Shown piece by piece: positions 30,154-40,365 of a stretch of 64,000 nucleotides of DNA. The translations under genes and the position numbers were made by a program. The stretch lies in contig CAYTGI010000003.1 of assembly GCA_964437465.1 (NCBI GenBank), positions 5,731 through 69,730 of the forward strand, read 5' to 3'. The notes beneath the pieces were generated by a model. That model did no database searches and was not told where the DNA came from. It saw nothing but the letters and a program-made list of their open reading frames with translations. Source of the stretch: an uncultured Candidatus Saccharibacteria bacterium (lineage in GTDB: Bacteria; Patescibacteriota; Dojkabacteria; J137). Position 1 is the stretch's first letter. Every line of letters begins with the position of its first letter.

Positions 30154-31552
30154 AACTTTTTCTCAAACCAAATATGCTTCTTATAGTTTGGTTTTCAATT
30201 AAAAATGTATTAATAATAAAGTTTAGGTGAAAGAAAATTGTAATAACTAATGATATAAAACCAGCTACAATAACCTCTAAAGTCTGAGTAAACATACCTA
30301 AATCCACATTAAAGACATAAATAGATATTAGTGAAAGTATTGAGATTAATCCTAGAACAACGAAATCAAAATTCTTCTGAGTTAAATCAGTTTTATCCTC
30401 AGTTTTTAATAAATCAAATATAACAAAAGTAAAGATTGCAATAACTGTAATAATTCCAATAATAAATCCACTAGAGATTGGTGTTTGAACAAATTTCAAT
30501 ATATTAGTTAAAGTTAAAAGACCAAATGAAATTCCAGAAATGAATAGAATTGTCTTTCTTGCTTTTAAACTTTTACCTACATTCAGTACCAATAGTCCTA
30601 GTCCAACAATTATTGATCCTGCAATAAGTGTTGTCCCTTCTGGATTAAATACTGGAGCTTCTACTTTAGTTTCCTCAACAAGATTAATTGAGTAAGCTAA
30701 TGCTTCATCTTCTGTAAATAAACTATGAACTATGTTTAAGATATTATAATTTGACCTTGGATCACTTGATTCTACAAGTAAAGCTCTCATTGTTGATTCA
30801 TTAATGTCATCACGAATAATGTGCAGGATTTTTTCCCCGTCTATAATCATATTAGCTCCTATTTCTTCACCTGAAAAAAATCTATTAAAGTAAGAAACAA
30901 AGTTTGGAAGTCTTCTTACTGAGTCAATTCTTCTATCATCAACTGAAATTACTAAATTGCTTCCACTTACACTTGATCTTTGAGTTTGAGAACCACCAGC
31001 TCCATCATCTACATTTTGTTGGAAGCTTATGTTACTTGCGTATCTTATTGTTTTAATATCTTCCTCACTTACCTCGAAATCGATTTCACTTTCTGGATTG
31101 TTTGGATCTACTAGATATCTAAACTCAATTTCTCCTCTTGAAAACAACCAATCTGCATAAACTTCCCTCTCTGGATAGTTATTTGGAATTATAAGGTTTA
31201 GTTTGTATTCATCATTTGTTATCTCACCTTGAACTGTTATGTCGTATATTTCTGCAAATTTTATTCTAGAATCAATTGTATTGACTGCTTTTGTTAAAAA
31301 GTCTCTCTTATCTTCAGAAGAAATTTCCTCTTCTCCAAAGTCCACATTTGCAGTAAAAACCTCACTTGCATACACATCTTTACCTTGAGTTAAACTTCCG
31401 TAGTCTGCACCAATTCCTATTCGTGAAAATCCTACAGAAGGATATCTATAAGTCTGCCCATTTAAGTTAAAGGTGAATTCAGGTAGTGCTAGTACAAGAA
31501 GCAGAATAAATGTAATTATCGTTAAAAAGATTTTAAATGTTTTTATATTCAT
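30146..31552 (-). CDS. Divergent SecD-like membrane protein
   Basis: TM + large extracytoplasmic domain (TIDSRI....YDITVQ, RGEIEFR) + ~5 TMs. Confidence 0.55.
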   Translation of the reverse strand: MNIKTFKIFLTIITFILLLVLALPEFTFNLNGQTYRYPSVGFSRIGIGADYGSLTQGKDVYASEVFTANVDFGEEEISSEDKRDFLTKAVNTIDSRIKFAEIYDITVQGEITNDEYKLNLIIPNNYPEREVYADWLFSRGEIEFRYLVDPNNPESEIDFEVSEEDIKTIRYASNISFQQNVDDGAGGSQTQRSSVSGSNLVISVDDRRIDSVRRLPNFVSYFNRFFSGEEIGANMIIDGEKILHIIRDDINESTMRALLVESSDPRSNYNILNIVHSLFTEDEALAYSINLVEETKVEAPVFNPEGTTLIAGSIIVGLGLLVLNVGKSLKARKTILFISGISFGLLTLTNILKFVQTPISSGFIIGIITVIAIFTFVIFDLLKTEDKTDLTQKNFDFVVLGLISILSLISIYVFNVDLGMFTQTLEVIVAGFISLVITIFFHLNFIINTFLIENQTIRSIFGLRKSYE

Positions 31553-31593
31553 AGCAATGATTATACAAAAGGTTGGCTAAAACTCAAATAAAT

Positions 31594-32640
31594 TTACATG
31601 CTGGAAAGTTTATATTTTGTTCCTCTTCCCTTTCCTTCTATCTTTAAAAGCTTTTTTCTTACAAGATCATTCAGGTCTCTAAAGGCTGTCATTGTAGAAA
31701 CATCCATCATGTGACAATAATCTTCTCTCTTTATTGTGGGTACATTTTGTAAATATTTTAAAATTTTTAACTGTCTTTTGTTTAAGTTTAAAAATGGTTG
31801 TTGTTTTGATTTTTCTTCAATAGCAACAAATTCATTTATTTCTTCTCTTGAAGATATTAAATCACTTGAAACTATTGAAGTAAATATATCTATCCAATGG
31901 GACATATCATATGTTTTTCTTACAATGTCGTATCCTTTTAAGAATTTTTCTTCGTTATTTACGATCATTCTAATTACCGATGTGTAAGTCTTGGAACCAA
32001 AACCGTTTTTTAAAAAAAGATAATCAAGGATTGATAGAATGAAAAATTTGTTACCAGCAGGAAATGGTGAAATCTCCATCAATCTAAACATAACTATTGC
32101 AATTCTGACAATTGGAATTATTGTAGGTGAGGAATATTTGTACCATTCCACAAGTTCGTTAATCTCATTTTCAATTTCATTCACATTTAACGAAGTATCT
32201 CTAACGACAACATAACTATCCCATCTTTCATCTAACTTTTCGTTGAAAGATCGAAAATTAGCTTCCCATGTTTCTCTCCACTGATTTAAAATAAGTTTAG
32301 CTAAATGTAACATTATGGGTTTATCAAATTCTGAATACGTATCTGCTACATTTGATCTATTAAAATCCAAAACATTTTTGAAGTTCTTAATGATAATTGA
32401 TCTCATCTCATCCATAGTTTCAATCTTTTGAGAATTAGCAATTTTTTCAGCATCCTTTATTGTTAGTTCTAATCCAAGCATGTTTGAGAAATGCAAAATG
32501 TCATACGATTTTGTTTGAAGCAGAAGCTTTTGTCTAACACCGTAAGATAAATCCTGGTTTTCCAGAATTGCTTTACTTCTTTCAATCTTCACAAGATTCT
32601 GAACTACTTTATCGCTGTAATTGAATTTTGGTGTGTACAT
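31594..32640 (-). CDS. Fic-family protein with degenerate active site and C-terminal HTH
   Basis: MYTPKF start, EISPFPAGNKFF in place of HPFxxGNGR, LNKRQ...TAFRDLNDLV..GKGRGTKY wHTH. Confidence 0.8.
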   Translation of the reverse strand: MYTPKFNYSDKVVQNLVKIERSKAILENQDLSYGVRQKLLLQTKSYDILHFSNMLGLELTIKDAEKIANSQKIETMDEMRSIIIKNFKNVLDFNRSNVADTYSEFDKPIMLHLAKLILNQWRETWEANFRSFNEKLDERWDSYVVVRDTSLNVNEIENEINELVEWYKYSSPTIIPIVRIAIVMFRLMEISPFPAGNKFFILSILDYLFLKNGFGSKTYTSVIRMIVNNEEKFLKGYDIVRKTYDMSHWIDIFTSIVSSDLISSREEINEFVAIEEKSKQQPFLNLNKRQLKILKYLQNVPTIKREDYCHMMDVSTMTAFRDLNDLVRKKLLKIEGKGRGTKYKLSSM

Positions 32641-32745
32641 ATTAAATCATAATACGTAAATGATATGAAAATAATAACATTTAAATTCAATGTATAAAAA
32701 TAGAAATAACTTTTTCTTTGGAGTAAAATCGTTGAATAAATTTAG

Positions 32746-33074
32746 AGTATAGAAAAGCTGTACAAAATTAAGTCACAACAGATCACTGATCTTGTTGAAA
32801 GGGGTTTCGAGTAACGATAAATCATCCAGGAGAAGGTAAGAGAAATTACGGAGAAGTTCATATTACTTCGAGCACTGTATTAACCCCAGGATATATCTTG
32901 AAGAATAATAACTTTAGAATAGTTTATAAATTTGAATGTGATGGAGATCTACAATTCTGGACTTAGGAAAGAGGGCATGAACCTGATGATATGTTAAATA
33001 TAAAATCAACTCAATTACATCAGCTTATTAAAAGTGGTGAAGTAGAACTTATTCCAACAACTACTGAATCCTAA
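32746..33074 (+). pseudogene. Possible decayed ORF
   Basis: Frame 32808-33074 is open except one TAG at 32964; an upstream frame gives IKSQQITDLVERG, echoing IKSTQLHQLIKSG. Confidence 0.3.
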
Positions 33075-33850
33075 ATTTTTTTTTGTAAATCCTTAAGAGC
33101 ATTAAGTCTTCGAATGCCGTTATCTTTAACCTGAACTAGAAAACCTTCATAAGTATGATTTGTTCCATCTTTGTCGGGGTCTATCCATTCCTGGTTTTGT
33201 AGAGGTTCGGTTGAGTCTTTGATTACTATTTTTCCTTCTCTAGTTCCATTATCATCTCCATATTGTTCTGATGAGTTTATGTAATGAATCTCTCGAGTAT
33301 TTCCGTTATCATCTTTAACTACTTTTGTTACTAACATTATATGGTGAGAATTTTTCTTTTTTCCTTTGGATCTTATTACGTCTAGTGGTTTTACTTTATT
33401 AATTGATACTTTCTTTGCATTTTCAGAGTTAGTCATAATTTCAGCACCGAGTTTTTGTACTGGTTTTAATACATACGAAATTTTTCCGATTATACTTTTA
33501 TTAGGAATTTTAAACTTACCCCAAATTGGCTTACCGATTACCTCTAAGTGCCATTCATTTAAAACATGCATTATAAAGCCAGAACAATCTATTCCAATAC
33601 CTCTGTCTATTAAAAACTGTCTGATTTCTTTTTCTGTCATTTCATTAAAGTCTGCACCTTTTAGCTTTTCCCACATCTTTGCCTCAAGTTCGATTTCTTC
33701 CGGTGTTCCTTTTCCTACCATTGCTCTAAGATCTTTTGCCTTTCTTACATTAATAAAGTAGGGGCATCTGACGTCCTTCCCTCCAAGATTTAGGGCTTTA
33801 TATTTATTTATTATCTTCCAGATTGATTCTGGTAGTACTAATTCATTCAT
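33071..33850 (-). CDS. NlpC/P60-like cysteine hydrolase
   Basis: GIDCSGF catalytic Cys motif and downstream HIMLV His. Confidence 0.7.
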   Translation of the reverse strand: MNELVLPESIWKIINKYKALNLGGKDVRCPYFINVRKAKDLRAMVGKGTPEEIELEAKMWEKLKGADFNEMTEKEIRQFLIDRGIGIDCSGFIMHVLNEWHLEVIGKPIWGKFKIPNKSIIGKISYVLKPVQKLGAEIMTNSENAKKVSINKVKPLDVIRSKGKKKNSHHIMLVTKVVKDDNGNTREIHYINSSEQYGDDNGTREGKIVIKDSTEPLQNQEWIDPDKDGTNHTYEGFLVQVKDNGIRRLNALKDLQKKI

Positions 33851-34157
33851 TTAATTTTTTTGAATATTTTTTAATTTCTTTTAAAATTTCTTTTTCAAAA
33901 TTTTGCTGAGCTTTCATCCATTTTTCTATTTTACTTTTGAACTTACTTGCCTCTCCTGATATTATTAAATCTTCTAAAGGTTTTGAATACATCTGGTTTA
34001 CTGTATCAAAAGCTTTCTCAAATGTTTCCCCATTCAGGTGAGCTATTTCTTTTAGATATATTTCAAAATATTTAATCATAAAAGAAGTTAACTTTTCAGT
34101 CTCAACTTCATTATGAAACAAAGAACTAATTTCACTTATTATGTCATCAGACTTCAT
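33843..34157 (-). CDS. Hypothetical protein
   Basis: 104 aa; overlaps both neighbours in the operon. Confidence 0.65.
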   Translation of the reverse strand: MKSDDIISEISSLFHNEVETEKLTSFMIKYFEIYLKEIAHLNGETFEKAFDTVNQMYSKPLEDLIISGEASKFKSKIEKWMKAQQNFEKEILKEIKKYSKKLNE

Positions 34158-35583
34158 TTCTTATAGTCTTAAACGCTTCTGATAACCATGCAGGCAAACT
34201 TCTTTGCTTATCTATTATCCCATAATTAAACTGAAACCTACAAAGCTCGTCTAATTTTCTTTTTTTTGAATCAGGTTTTTGAAAATTAATAACAAATCCT
34301 GCACCCTCAATATCTTCAATTGAATAGCCATTACTTTTAAAAATTAGTGGCCTATCTTGTTCTTCATCAATGTATATTACGTTTTCTTTATCAGTTGGAT
34401 GTTTGTCTGACCAGTCTTTAGAAGAATTGTCACTTTGTAATCTATAAATTCCAGATTTAAAATTGTGGTCTTTTACATGGGTATCTTTATCAGCTCTTAA
34501 GAAAACTTGAGATCCTTTAAGATTAATCATATGTTCGTAGTCAAAGCTTATATGAATATCTAAGAATTCTGCAATATGCATTAAAAACTGGGGTATTGTA
34601 TTACCATGCTCTATTTCAAGATATGTTTGGAAAGGGATATTTGATGTTTGTCTTGCGTTAATCTCTATTAGGTATGCCTCATCTTCTTTAATAATAAGAT
34701 CTAATCCAAATAGTCCTCTATACCCTTGCTCTATTAACATCTTACCTATCTTGCTAATTTCTGTAGTAAGATCTACAAGTAGCTCATCACTAATTTCTTT
34801 TGAGTAAAACCAGTCAAAATCATTTCCTACAGTTGCCCCAACTGAGCTAGTTAATTCTTTAATCCCTGTAATTTGGTACTGTAGTCCTCCTATGTAAATA
34901 GAATTGTTATATATGCAAACATTTACTGTCATTGGAATACCTTCAATGTATTCACTTATTTTTACAATATTTCCAGCCTTCTCATTAGACATATTCTCAA
35001 GTTCATCTTTTGAAATAGAAAAATGAGTTCCTGAACCTGTGTGTGCTCTTTCTTCTTGTAGGACAAACTTATCTCCGAATTGTTCAATGATCTTTTCATG
35101 AGTTAGTTCATGAAAATATTTCTTCTGATTTTTAGGAGTTCTAATTTTTGCTCCTTCTAAATGACTTACTGCTTTAATTTTATTCTCAAAGATTTGATGA
35201 AGTTCATAATCGTTTCCTAAAAGTCTTCCACCCAAATTACTTATCTTATAATTCAGAGTATTAGTTGGTATGAATGTAAGTGCATAAAAACCTTTATTAG
35301 TCTTAATTTTATTAATCCAATCTTTTGTTTGATTTTGGCTTAATAAGTTACCAGTAGATTTATGAAGTAACTCTACACCTTCCTTTTCTAAACAGAAAAT
35401 TGAGATACCTTTTTCTAAAAGATTATCCACAATATCATTATCCTCAATACAACAGATATGAAAATTTTCGAGATATTTCTCTAATCCAATTGCTCTTTCA
35501 GCTTCTCTTGAAAAATATATTAGGGGTATATCCTTTGTTTTTTCATTGATCTTATCTACAAGTTCTTTGAATTCTTTTCTCAT
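34147..35583 (-). CDS. ATP-grasp domain ligase
   Basis: FENKI, HTGSGT, ISEYIEG, YRGLFGLDLI, YLIEINAR. Confidence 0.85.
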   Translation of the reverse strand: MRKEFKELVDKINEKTKDIPLIYFSREAERAIGLEKYLENFHICCIEDNDIVDNLLEKGISIFCLEKEGVELLHKSTGNLLSQNQTKDWINKIKTNKGFYALTFIPTNTLNYKISNLGGRLLGNDYELHQIFENKIKAVSHLEGAKIRTPKNQKKYFHELTHEKIIEQFGDKFVLQEERAHTGSGTHFSISKDELENMSNEKAGNIVKISEYIEGIPMTVNVCIYNNSIYIGGLQYQITGIKELTSSVGATVGNDFDWFYSKEISDELLVDLTTEISKIGKMLIEQGYRGLFGLDLIIKEDEAYLIEINARQTSNIPFQTYLEIEHGNTIPQFLMHIAEFLDIHISFDYEHMINLKGSQVFLRADKDTHVKDHNFKSGIYRLQSDNSSKDWSDKHPTDKENVIYIDEEQDRPLIFKSNGYSIEDIEGAGFVINFQKPDSKKRKLDELCRFQFNYGIIDKQRSLPAWLSEAFKTIRNEV

Positions 35584-36107
35584 TATTTTACGTAAAATAT
35601 TTTGAATCTTTTAAATTTGTCATCAGGTTCATAATCGTCGAAACCAAAAACGTTAGAGATTATTATGGATCCAGGTTTTAGTTCATTAAAAAGTTTTTCT
35701 CCTAACTCATTCATAGCTGATCTATAAATATATAGATAAACGATATCAAAATCTGAGTATGATTCTTTAAAAAAATCTCCATTTATGAATTTTGCATTTT
35801 CTTTAGACTTATTAAAAATATTTAACATTCTAGACAATAGTGTTAAAAAGGGATTTATATCAATTCCAGTTGAAGCAAGTCCTTTTCTTGATGCCCACCT
35901 AACTGTTCTCCCATCACCCGACCCTATATCAATAAATTTTTTCCCTTTGGGATCAATTTCCAGATAACTCCATAACTCATCTAATTTCTTTAATCTTGAA
36001 GGATAATAGGGTGTGTCGATAAAAAATCCTCTTAGAAGATAAATGGATAAAAAAATCCAAAGTGATATAAAAGTAAAAATACCTATCAAAAGCAAAATAT
36101 CCATCAT
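35583..36107 (-). CDS. Membrane-anchored class I SAM methyltransferase
   Basis: TM, PYYPS, FIDIGSGDGR, GIDINP, ELKPGS.IISN.F. Confidence 0.88.
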   Translation of the reverse strand: MMDILLLIGIFTFISLWIFLSIYLLRGFFIDTPYYPSRLKKLDELWSYLEIDPKGKKFIDIGSGDGRTVRWASRKGLASTGIDINPFLTLLSRMLNIFNKSKENAKFINGDFFKESYSDFDIVYLYIYRSAMNELGEKLFNELKPGSIIISNVFGFDDYEPDDKFKRFKIFYVK

Positions 36108-37039
36108 CTTCCAGAAGCAATTGTAATAAATATGCTATTTTCGTCTTTTTTATATTCTCTTAAGAATGCTGCAATGCCCAATAACGAAGTGTAGCTTAGC
36201 TCAATTCCACTTTTCTCAACAAATTCTTTTGCATTTTCCAGTTCATCGTTAGAGATTGAAAGTGCATAACCTTTAGTTTCTTTGATTATTTTTTCAAGCA
36301 TTGGTTTTCTGAGTAAAGATTTATCTACTATAGCATCTGCATAAGATTTTACTTCTGATACTTCAGTGTCTTCAACTAATGGATGGCAAGATTGAGTTTG
36401 AACTAGAACAATAGGGGGAATGTTTGATTCTTTCTCTAGCTCTAATTGTAATCCATGCGCAATACCTACAGCTGTTGTACCTGAAGATACTGAGCAGTAT
36501 ATCTTTGCTTTCATATTTCTATTTTTGTTTATTATTTCTTTAGCAATCTCAGAACCTAAAGACCAATAACCTTTTACTATCTCATCATCAGTAGAAGCTC
36601 TTAAGTTAGGTATGTTCTTTTCAGCGGAAATTCGAGCTGCTTTTTTTCTTGCTTTATTATCGAAATAAATTTCATGAGTATCTCCTGCTAGTTGGGTAAT
36701 AATATCTTTTTTCTGTTCATTAACTTCTGTAGATAAGACAATATGCATCTTAAAGTTTTGAAAGTTGTTAGCATATTTAAGAAAACTTATAGCAGCATTT
36801 CCAGAAGAAGAGATTACAGCTTCTTGGACTCCTTCTTTCATTAAGATCGAGATTTTATAAGCAGTTCCCCTGTCTTTCCATGATCCTGTAGGATTTTTAT
36901 CTTCTCGTTTAATAAATAAGTAGGAATTATTATCCAGTTCTATTTTGTCCACAGGAGTATATCCTTCTTCTAGTGTAAGGTGTTGTTTATCACTTAGTTC
37001 TACGCTTTTCTTTATAAAACGGTTTTTCCAGATACTCAT
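36104..37039 (-). CDS. PLP-dependent fold-type II enzyme (threonine synthase-like)
   Basis: LEEGYTP, KRED.NPTGSWKDRG, SSSGNAA, VSSGTT. Confidence 0.88.
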   Translation of the reverse strand: MSIWKNRFIKKSVELSDKQHLTLEEGYTPVDKIELDNNSYLFIKREDKNPTGSWKDRGTAYKISILMKEGVQEAVISSSGNAAISFLKYANNFQNFKMHIVLSTEVNEQKKDIITQLAGDTHEIYFDNKARKKAARISAEKNIPNLRASTDDEIVKGYWSLGSEIAKEIINKNRNMKAKIYCSVSSGTTAVGIAHGLQLELEKESNIPPIVLVQTQSCHPLVEDTEVSEVKSYADAIVDKSLLRKPMLEKIIKETKGYALSISNDELENAKEFVEKSGIELSYTSLLGIAAFLREYKKDENSIFITIASGR

Positions 37040-37087
37040 ACCTGTTTTATAGCAAACCTATTCATGATAAGATTATGTACGAAATAT

Positions 37088-37363
37088 ATAAATTTTACAA
37101 TGCATAATATGAGTGAAAATAAAGAAGGATGGATAAAAATTGAAAACGGAGAATTTTTATGTACTGAATGTGAGAATGTTGTAAAACCCTTGACTAGTAC
37201 AAGTGAAGGGATGGTTGAGGCAGATTTAGAAGATGTAAAGAAGCAGTTAAAAGAATTTCCAAACAAAGTAATCTACGCTGTTTGCCCAATTTGTGGAATG
37301 GAATATATTTTCAGGTTGGATGGAGAGGATCTTTTCGTAGAACCTAGTGATGAAGAGAAATAA
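37088..37363 (+). CDS. Small zinc-ribbon protein
   Basis: CTEC and CPIC pairs; start uncertain (37064-37088). Confidence 0.65.
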   Translation: MNFTMHNMSENKEGWIKIENGEFLCTECENVVKPLTSTSEGMVEADLEDVKKQLKEFPNKVIYAVCPICGMEYIFRLDGEDLFVEPSDEEK

Positions 37364-37985
37364 ATCAAAGGAAGAATTTCAGGTTTCCTTGGACAAGATT
37401 GGTAAACTAATTTCAGACAGAGGACTTCAAACCTCTGTTTTTGAATATGATACAGATAAAGTCATAAAATTCCCCAAAAATAATATTGTTAATAAGTTTT
37501 TTAATACTGAACAGCTTAGTAAAAATTTTGATATATTAATCGATTCCTTCAAGGAATACATACCAGAAACAGTAATATCCCAGGTTGAAGGAAAAGAAGT
37601 AGCAATACAGAACAGGATATTCAATAACCATCATCTAAGCTCGAAGGAACCAATAGAAGTTTATTCCCAATTAGAGGAGATATATAAAAACTCTGAAAAA
37701 CTATTCAAAGATAAAGGAATTATGGTGGATCTCATTGGAGGAGAATCTTTTTGGCCATTTTTACTCAGGTACATATTTTCCCTAGGAAATAAAGAAAAGG
37801 CTAATCCTACCTTAAGCAACATACTAGTTGATGAAAAGAAAGGAGTCTATTTAACAGATTTTAATTCTGTTATTTCAAAATTCTCTCAAGCAAGATCTAT
37901 TAAAGATATATTTATTGTTATATATGCAAAAATACACTTTTTTATTCAGAAGTTTTATTTAAGAAATTTTGTAACTCACACATAA
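37347..37985 (+). CDS. Hypothetical protein, possible degenerate kinase-like fold
   Basis: G.QT.VF...KVIK, DL.G, NILVD...YLTDF. Confidence 0.5.
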   Translation: MMKRNKSKEEFQVSLDKIGKLISDRGLQTSVFEYDTDKVIKFPKNNIVNKFFNTEQLSKNFDILIDSFKEYIPETVISQVEGKEVAIQNRIFNNHHLSSKEPIEVYSQLEEIYKNSEKLFKDKGIMVDLIGGESFWPFLLRYIFSLGNKEKANPTLSNILVDEKKGVYLTDFNSVISKFSQARSIKDIFIVIYAKIHFFIQKFYLRNFVTHT

Positions 37986-38021
37986 CATTGAAAAAGAAAG
38001 GTTTCACGAATAGCAGCAAAG

Positions 38022-38057
38022 ATCAGAGGTTTTTTAGTAAAACTTCTGATTTTTTTG
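38022..38057 (+). terminator. Intrinsic terminator
   Basis: ATCAGAGGTTTT-ttagt-AAAACTTCTGAT followed by a T run. Confidence 0.7.
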
Positions 38058-38183
38058 TTGTATATTTATATAAGCCAGTAGTGATATAAAATGTCCAACA
38101 CCGCTATTTAGGTCTGGCAAAATCGCTTTAGTCTGTGGACTATAAGTTGAGCCAGCATATATTGTCGTTTCGACAATTTTTAG

Positions 38184-38843
38184 CTACTGGCTGCTTTGTT
38201 CAATATTCTCAATTTCCTCTGTAACTTCTTCTTCTTCTTTATTTGTTTCTTGATCTATTAAAATACTACTTTCAGGTAATTCATCAGCCTGGCACCTTGA
38301 ATCCTGACTTTCGTTTACATTGTAATTTATGAGATATACAAGATAATAAGCTGGATCTTCTTGATTGAAGTTATCTTCTATACTAAAACTAAATCCATCA
38401 TTGGAAAAGTATGCATCATTAATATTAAACGGAAAAACTTTAATTAGTGACCCATTTACTAATTCATAGTTGTAAGGAAAATTAATTGATGTTCCATAAT
38501 TTTCTTGGAACTGTTCTAAGTAAAAAGAGCTCACCTCCTCTAAGGTTAGGTTTGAAGAAATAATATCGTATGCGACATAGTCGCAGCTATGTTTTTCATC
38601 TTCAGGGGTAATATCAAACCCTCCGATTAAAACTTCAGGACCAAGTATTGAGCTTGATTCAGATGGTAAGTTCAGGAGTTCAAACGAGCTTCTGTACTCA
38701 TCAAGGTTATTATTATTTATTAGAATTGATGAGGGAAATCCAAAAAAGAGCGATGTTAAAGTTAACGGGCAAATTAACATGAAAGGTATTGTAAAGAGGA
38801 ATAATAGAAGTTGAGGAGTGAATATTCTATCTGGCTTCATCAA
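38184..38843 (-). CDS. Hypothetical membrane-anchored protein
   Basis: N-terminal hydrophobic segment, acidic tail. Confidence 0.6.
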   Translation of the reverse strand: MMKPDRIFTPQLLLFLFTIPFMLICPLTLTSLFFGFPSSILINNNNLDEYRSSFELLNLPSESSSILGPEVLIGGFDITPEDEKHSCDYVAYDIISSNLTLEEVSSFYLEQFQENYGTSINFPYNYELVNGSLIKVFPFNINDAYFSNDGFSFSIEDNFNQEDPAYYLVYLINYNVNESQDSRCQADELPESSILIDQETNKEEEEVTEEIENIEQSSQ

Positions 38844-39387
38844 TAATTTCTGTAATCTCTTCTTTTAGCGAACTAGTTAATATTTTTATCTCTTCAGTAG
38901 TAAATCTCCCTAGAACATAATCAGATCCAGAGATATTTTTTTTCTCATCTTTTGTCCTGTTATCTATACCTAATCTTAATCTCCAAAATTTAGTTGTGTT
39001 CAATACTTGCTCAATGGAAAGTATTCCGTTATGACCATGTGGTCCTTTTCCAAATTGAAGTTTGCTTTCTCCAATTTCAATATCAAGGTCGTCATGAACA
39101 ACTAATATTTCATCAGGTGTAATAGCAAAATATTTTATCAGCTTATTCACAGTTCTTCCTGAATTATTCATTAAGGTTGTTGGCTTAGCTAGGAGTGTTT
39201 TTTGTTTGTTCATCTGGATTGCAACTAGTTCTGCTTCGAACTTCTTTTCTTCTTTAAAATCAAACTCGCTAAAAAGATCTAAAAATATAAAGCCTGCATT
39301 ATGTCTTGTCTTTCTAAATTTGTCTCCAACGTTACCTAAACCTACAATTAGTCTTATATTCTTGAAATCGAAGTCATTTTGATTCAT
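38827..39387 (-). CDS. pth: Peptidyl-tRNA hydrolase
   Basis: LIVGLGN, TRHNAGF, KPTT.MN.SG, VHDDLD, GHNGI.SI, RLRLGI. Confidence 0.96.
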   Translation of the reverse strand: MNQNDFDFKNIRLIVGLGNVGDKFRKTRHNAGFIFLDLFSEFDFKEEKKFEAELVAIQMNKQKTLLAKPTTLMNNSGRTVNKLIKYFAITPDEILVVHDDLDIEIGESKLQFGKGPHGHNGILSIEQVLNTTKFWRLRLGIDNRTKDEKKNISGSDYVLGRFTTEEIKILTSSLKEEITEIIDEAR

Positions 39388-39446
39388 TATGTACTATCTT
39401 TAAAACTTATGAATTATATCATTCTTAAACGTTTCTTCGTCAAAAC

Positions 39447-39989
39447 ATGAAATTAGTGTATAATCCTTGGATTTTAGTAAACAGTATGAAGTATTTGATA
39501 ATTCTTGGATTGGTTATATTTTTCTTCTTCTTTTTAATTGAGGGAAGAATCATTGCTCAAGAAGAAGCCGGGTTATTATCTTTAGAAAATAAGGCAGAGG
39601 AAGAAAAGTGTAATGCTATAAAAAATAATCTGCAATTTAGAGCTAGCTACTATAATGTTAATACAGATTTAATTATTTCTGATTATTCTAATCTTTATAG
39701 TTCTTTACTTAAAGCTCGTGATATTTACGATGAGCTAGATTTCTCAACTGTTGAACTAAATAGACATATTCAAAGATTAGAAAGATTTATTGAAGATACT
39801 AGAATTAATAAAGAGGATTTAGTATCAAGTTTAGGCAGTGCTTCAGAGCATGTTTGTGAGGATGAAAGAGCAATGAGAAGAGATATTATTGATGCTAAAG
39901 GTTATTTAAAAGATTTAAAGCAGGAGATTAGTGATTTAAATTCATTCTTATTACTAAAAGTTTCTCCAACTATACAAGATTTTAACTAG
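39447..39989 (+). CDS. Secreted/anchored helical hypothetical protein
   Basis: TM or signal followed by coiled-coil; start may be 39486. Confidence 0.65.
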   Translation: MKLVYNPWILVNSMKYLIILGLVIFFFFFLIEGRIIAQEEAGLLSLENKAEEEKCNAIKNNLQFRASYYNVNTDLIISDYSNLYSSLLKARDIYDELDFSTVELNRHIQRLERFIEDTRINKEDLVSSLGSASEHVCEDERAMRRDIIDAKGYLKDLKQEISDLNSFLLLKVSPTIQDFN

Positions 39990-39994
39990 AAAAA

Positions 39995-40348
39995 ATGAAC
40001 GATTTTTTTAAAAATATTTGGAAAACATTGAGATTAATATTCGTAATCTTACTATTTGTTGTAATTGCTTTGCTTGTTGGTTATTTACTTGGGAATAGGG
40101 CTTTGGATAGAGATAAATTAGAAGATGAGATAAGGACAGATATAGAAAATAGTGTAAGAGATGATCTTGAGGAAGATATTAGGTCTGAGTATGAGGATAG
40201 GCTTGAACAAGCTGAAAAGTTAAGAGAGGAAGAGCTTCAGAATATGATTGATGCATTGTTAGACGATATCGATGCAAGAGTTAATGGTATAGATACTGAG
40301 TCTCAGCTTGAAGAGTTTAATGAGGAGATTGAGTTTGGAATAGAATAG
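39995..40348 (+). CDS. Membrane-anchored acidic coiled-coil protein
   Basis: TM plus E/D-rich helix. Confidence 0.65.
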   Translation: MNDFFKNIWKTLRLIFVILLFVVIALLVGYLLGNRALDRDKLEDEIRTDIENSVRDDLEEDIRSEYEDRLEQAEKLREEELQNMIDALLDDIDARVNGIDTESQLEEFNEEIEFGIE

Positions 40349-40365
40349 CTTCTAATTATATAGTT

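Noticed and set aside
38061-38180. Possible small RNA between convergent genes
   Set aside because: Only short stems (GTCCA/TGGAC, CTGGC/GCCAG, ATTGTCG/CGACAAT); explainable as terminators or chance.
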